From contig JAWOEX010000015.1 in the NCBI GenBank assembly GCA_046482545.1, positions 1 to 10,676 on the forward strand: DNA of 10,676 bases, in the 5' to 3' direction. Below, in pieces: positions 7,583 through 10,676 of this stretch. The position numbers and the translations under genes are program-made. A model generated the notes under the pieces. The model did no database searches, was not told the origin of the DNA, and saw only the letters and a program-made list of their open reading frames with translations. Within the stretch, counting starts at the first letter, position 1. Every line of letters starts with the position of its first letter. This DNA comes from Candidatus Thorarchaeota archaeon (GTDB taxonomy: Archaea > Asgardarchaeota > Thorarchaeia > Thorarchaeales > Thorarchaeaceae).

Positions 7583-8568
7583 GGTTCTGTAGAATAATAC
7601 ACGAATTAAGAGGCGAACCGGTCGTGTCACATGATTCATGCACTACGATGTCTCATACAACGCGGCCAAAGCTCGCCGCTATCACTTTCTCCTTTATGAG
7701 CTTATGAGCCTTTGCAATACCATTCCCGATACGAGATCCCAGCATGGACGTCCTGTTGAGTTTCCCCTTCCCACACTCTTTGTCCTCCTCGGGCTCAAGT
7801 TTGACACTGGTCTTGGATATCGTGACTTCATTGCCACCCTCACCTTCAACACTGTCCTGCTCCAGCGACTTGGACTTGAGCGAGCCCCTCACTTCTCCCT
7901 CCTCCAGAAGGCAGTGAGGCGGTTGGACACCCAGCTTCTCCATCAGATGTACCAGCTCCTTGCCAACAAGCGTTCTCCTCCAAAGACGATTGCTGTGGAT
8001 TCTTCTGGGTTCTCTCACTCGTCCGGTGGCGAGTGGATGACCTTCCGGTTCAAGAGAACACGGAAACGCCGTTTCCATGCCCTTCACAACGCCGTTGACA
8101 CCGACACCCTGATGATCACCGCAGCTAGAGTGAGTGCACGACCAGGTGGTGATGCCAAACACCTGGCCTCTCTTGTGAGGAGGGGGGATTGCAGGAGACT
8201 TGAGACTGTCTACGGGGACAAGGCCTACATCTCACGACAGAACGTCCAGTTCATCCATGACCTTGGTGCATACCCAGCTATTGAACCAAAGAAGAGGTTG
8301 CGAGCTCGATCTCGAGGACATCGAGGATACAAGGAGTTGATCAGTGAATATCGCTCTGACCCCGATGAGTGGAAGCGGGTTCATGAGTATGGAATGAGGA
8401 GCCTAGCGGAGACTGTGTTCGGGATGATGAAGGTGAGGTTCACGGAGCGTCTGGGGTCACGAGGATTCAGAGAACAACGTCGCGAGTTGTTGATCAAGGT
8501 GGTCCTTCACAATATCGAGCGACTCAACTTCTTGGAGTGTGCCGGGAGGTGACTTTTTCTACAGAGCC
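7583..8568 (+). mobile_element. Complete IS5-family insertion sequence (IS903-like ends), 986 bp
   Basis: TIRs GGTTCTGTAGAATAA (7583-7597) and TTTTTCTACAGAGCC (8554-8568), 13/15 match. 9-bp target duplication GGCAAAAAT at 7574-7582 and 8569-8577. One transposase ORF fills the element. Confidence 0.93.
7638..8552 (+). CDS. IS5-family DDE transposase
   Basis: 304 aa. IAVDSSG (D1), YGDKAY (D2), and YGMRSLAETVFGMMK, which fits the Y-2-R-3-E-6-K motif. Confidence 0.95.
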   Translation: MHYDVSYNAAKARRYHFLLYELMSLCNTIPDTRSQHGRPVEFPLPTLFVLLGLKFDTGLGYRDFIATLTFNTVLLQRLGLERAPHFSLLQKAVRRLDTQLLHQMYQLLANKRSPPKTIAVDSSGFSHSSGGEWMTFRFKRTRKRRFHALHNAVDTDTLMITAARVSARPGGDAKHLASLVRRGDCRRLETVYGDKAYISRQNVQFIHDLGAYPAIEPKKRLRARSRGHRGYKELISEYRSDPDEWKRVHEYGMRSLAETVFGMMKVRFTERLGSRGFREQRRELLIKVVLHNIERLNFLECAGR

Positions 8569-8577
8569 GGCAAAAAT

Positions 8578-8708
8578 GGCGTTGTGTGAAAAGTCCTTGG
8601 CGATGAATGTGTGTGACCGGAAAAAAGGGAAATGATTTCAGAAACCAGGCATTTTGGAATTTGATTACTCCATTTCCTTACTTCTTCGTTGACTTTTCAC
8701 ACAGGGCC
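8578..8708. mobile_element. 131-bp MITE (non-autonomous IS5-type element)
   Basis: TIRs GGCGTTGTGTGAAAAGTC (8578-8595) and GACTTTTCACACAGGGCC (8691-8708), 16/18 match. Flanked by GGCAAAAAT at 8569-8577 and 8709-8717. Its right TIR matches the IS right end at 14/18. Confidence 0.88.
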
Positions 8709-8717
8709 GGCAAAAAT

Positions 8718-8916
8718 GGCTCTGTGGAAACCACAACGATATAATGCAAGCAAACAAGGTCGCGTACGTGTGCTGTTCGATTTATGTCATACTATCAATC
8801 ACTTGAAACAGGCAAATCTCGCCATTCTGGCTCCTTGCTTTCTTAATTTACTCGGCTTAACAAAGGGATATCTCCGACTGCGGTCGATTTTTGAAAGACC
8901 AGTTGACCTTTCGTAA
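8718..8916 (+). pseudogene. Third IS-like end with possible degenerate transposase N-terminus
   Basis: GGCTCTGTGGAAA (8718-8730) resembles the IS TIR GGCTCTGTAGAAA. The following frame has YNASK...LCHTI...LLGL..GY, in the same order as YNAAK...LCNTI...LLGL...GY of the intact transposase. No matching right end or fourth TSD was found. Confidence 0.4.
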
Positions 8917-9429
8917 GTACCTTGTCCCCCTCATAGGACTTGTTTTTCTTTTTTGACTATGACTTGAGCAACGAACCCCCATCTATCTTCTCCAGAAGTA
9001 ATTTAAGTGAATCGACAGCAACCTGTTACATCCGGTGGACGAGCTTTTGGACACCAAATGTTCATCCCTATGTGATCGTAGCTAGCGCTTGTGGAATCGC
9101 CTTATTCGACCGGTGACCGATTAAGGATTTATGCAGTTCAGAAAGACATAGAGACGACAGCTCCACATAATTGTAATACTGAGTATACGGATATGTAGTT
9201 CATGCATATCAGAAGGGAGCTGAGGTGTGGAAGGAACGATGTCAGCACAACAGGTGGCATCTCTCAGAACTATGTTTATTATAATGAAACTGTTACTCGA
9301 AAAAACTTGATTCAACAGTTTCACAGGGAACAGGACCTCGCTATCGTCAATTAAATGCCTGTTACATTACATCGAGTGACTCAATTATTTAAGCGGAAGG
9401 AGAAATAGTTTCCCCTTCATTAAATTTCA

Positions 9430-9445
9430 GAAAACTATTTATATA
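9430..9445 (+). promoter_or_regulatory. BRE/TATA promoter of the 9480 gene
   Basis: GAAAACTA-TTTATATA, with the TATA box at 9438-9445, about 35 nt upstream of the GTG start. Confidence 0.6.
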
Positions 9446-9479
9446 ATAATTCATATCAATTCCATGAGGCTTGTAACAC

Positions 9480-9971
9480 GTGAAAAGCAAAAGTAATGCG
9501 ATTATTCTATGTTTAGCTATATTGATAATAGCTGGATTTGTTGCTCCTGCCTTGGCAGGACGAATCACATACAATGATGATGAACCTACAGTTTATTATG
9601 GAAGCTGGGAAAGCGACGACGATGCCACTGAAGAAGATATTAATGGTATTTATCGCTGCGAATTTCAGTTCGTATTCACCGGAATTAAAACTGATGGTGA
9701 TAATGAATACTATGTCAATATTGATTATGACGGCGAAGAACCTGGATGGCTGTGGGACGCTGAAAGTCTTTATGTTCACTATAAGTGGGGTTCTGGCAGC
9801 TGGGTATATCTTTGCAGGTTAGACATTGCAACTTCAGACAAGGATTGGGAAATTAATGATGCAACCAGTTCAACCCTCTACCTCCGTTTCACGGATGCTA
9901 ATGATTATAGTGATGACACCCTCCATACATGGAAATTTAGCGATACACCGTACGCTATCTGTGACTACTAG
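9480..9971 (+). CDS. Small secreted acidic hypothetical protein
   Basis: 163 aa, GTG start. Signal peptide MKSKSNAIILCLAILIIAGFVAPALA. Mature domain rich in Asp/Glu/Trp/Tyr with beta-type patterning. Has its own promoter and terminator. Confidence 0.85.
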   Translation: MKSKSNAIILCLAILIIAGFVAPALAGRITYNDDEPTVYYGSWESDDDATEEDINGIYRCEFQFVFTGIKTDGDNEYYVNIDYDGEEPGWLWDAESLYVHYKWGSGSWVYLCRLDIATSDKDWEINDATSSTLYLRFTDANDYSDDTLHTWKFSDTPYAICDY

Positions 9972-10019
9972 TATTCGACAATTAAATGAATTAGAGATTT
10001 AATAATACAAATAAAGATT

Positions 10020-10062
10020 GGGTTGCTGCTCAAGCAACCCTTTCTTCCTCTTTTCCTATTTT
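10020..10062 (+). terminator. Hairpin plus T-rich terminator
   Basis: GGGTTGCT-GCTCA-AGCAACCC is a perfect 8-bp stem, followed by TTTCTTCCTCTTTTCCTATTTT. Confidence 0.75.
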
Positions 10063-10235
10063 CGACTACACAAAGGAGTTGTCACTTCGTAGGATAATTC
10101 TGTATCGGATTCACATCAATTTTGTTCATAATAAATGACGGTCATGATCCTGCAAACTAATTCATTTTGGTCACAACAAACCCTTATTCAACTAAACGAG
10201 GGACACCAGCAATTTCGCTATTTCAAGGGAATCGG

Positions 10236-10290
10236 AGCACCGAGCTCCGGCGAGGTGTTCAGCTCACCGCTACTAATGTCCGAGGCGAGC
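10236..10290 (+). rRNA. 23S rRNA 3'-terminal fragment (helix 101 to 3' end; not a full gene)
   Basis: AGCACC-GA-GC-TCCG-GC-GA-GGTGTT forms the archaeal-type helix 101 with tandem GA pairs and a UNCG loop. It is followed by CAGCTCACCGCTACTAATGTCCGAGGC, which matches the conserved LSU 3' end as I recall it (E. coli GUUGAGCUAACCGGUACUAAUGAACCGUGAGGC). Upstream 23S sequence is absent. Mature 3' end approximate. Confidence 0.8.
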
Positions 10291-10375
10291 AGACCGAAAG
10301 TATGACTCGTGCTGCACCTAGAGTTGTCAAGATTTGAGACGGAACCTCAAGAAACAGTACCTCCATCCTCAGCAT
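10236..10375 (+). repeat. Repeat copy 5 (longest): 23S 3' end plus 3' trailer
   Basis: 10279-10375 aligns with 171-266. Core at 10357-10375, followed by a T-rich tract. Confidence 0.93.
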
Positions 10376-10676
10376 CTATTTTATTTTAGTAATGCGGTTT
10401 CAAAACAAGAAGAAATGATGGTCCGTTTTGTTGTTTTTCGCAGACGGCTTCATTTCACTTCCCTGGTTATGCCTGTTCATGAGTCGATTCTGAGAGCAAG
10501 TCTCAAATAGTGCCGCTCTTTCTCATGTCAGGATAGTAGGAACGGGAGTCAAATGTCAGGTTTCTTCCACTACAATAGGAAGATGCGGTTAGAGCGAGTG
10601 CTTTCGCTGGGTTGTGTTCTCCAGTTGTATTCATCTGAGTGGAGACTGACATCTGATGCCAATCACACAGAGGGCA

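Noticed and set aside
576-9822. Remaining short ORFs overlapping the called genes (e.g. 576-776, 715-942, 1812-2234, 2940-3239, 5981-6355, 6374-6796, 7653-8162, 9513-9779, 9538-9822)
   Set aside because: They are shadow frames of well-supported CDSs with no recognisable motifs.
171-10375. Repeats as a CRISPR array or integron attC sites
   Set aside because: Spacing is 0.8-5.9 kb, unlike CRISPR. There is no conserved RYYYAAC...GTTRRRY pair or full-length inverted symmetry of attC, and the longest copy is explained by 23S rRNA sequence.
10376-10676. Possible CDS at the right edge (ATG 10553 or 10656 on +, or a 57-codon open frame on -)
   Set aside because: Several mutually exclusive short frames exist and none is recognisable. 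This cannot be resolved without the adjacent sequence.

Overview
Archaeal accessory region (TATA/BRE promoters, GGAGG/AGGTGA ribosome-binding sites; Asgard/Thorarchaeota-like gene content is an inference only). It is organised as a tandem array of small cargo blocks separated by five same-orientation copies of a ~60-140 bp repeat (171-294, 1308-1370, 3649-3734, 4417-4517, 10236-10375). All copies share the same 3' end, with an invariant 19-nt core GTACCTCCATCCTCAGCAT and a T-rich tail, and are cut at different points on the 5' side. The longest copy begins with the recognisable 3' terminus of 23S rRNA (helix 101 and GTTCAGCTCACCGCTACTAAT). The repeat therefore looks like the 23S rRNA 3' end plus its 3' trailer, and the region looks like a gene-capture array built by repeated insertion at the end of an rRNA gene, with no integrase in the window. 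The cargo is: a Trm112-like/class I SAM methyltransferase fusion, several secreted or membrane proteins, a three-gene ABC-2 transporter operon, and an unidentified ~410-nt highly structured GC-rich ncRNA candidate with its own TATA box. An intact IS5-family element, a 131-bp MITE and a third element end are stacked at one 9-bp target upstream of the ABC operon.
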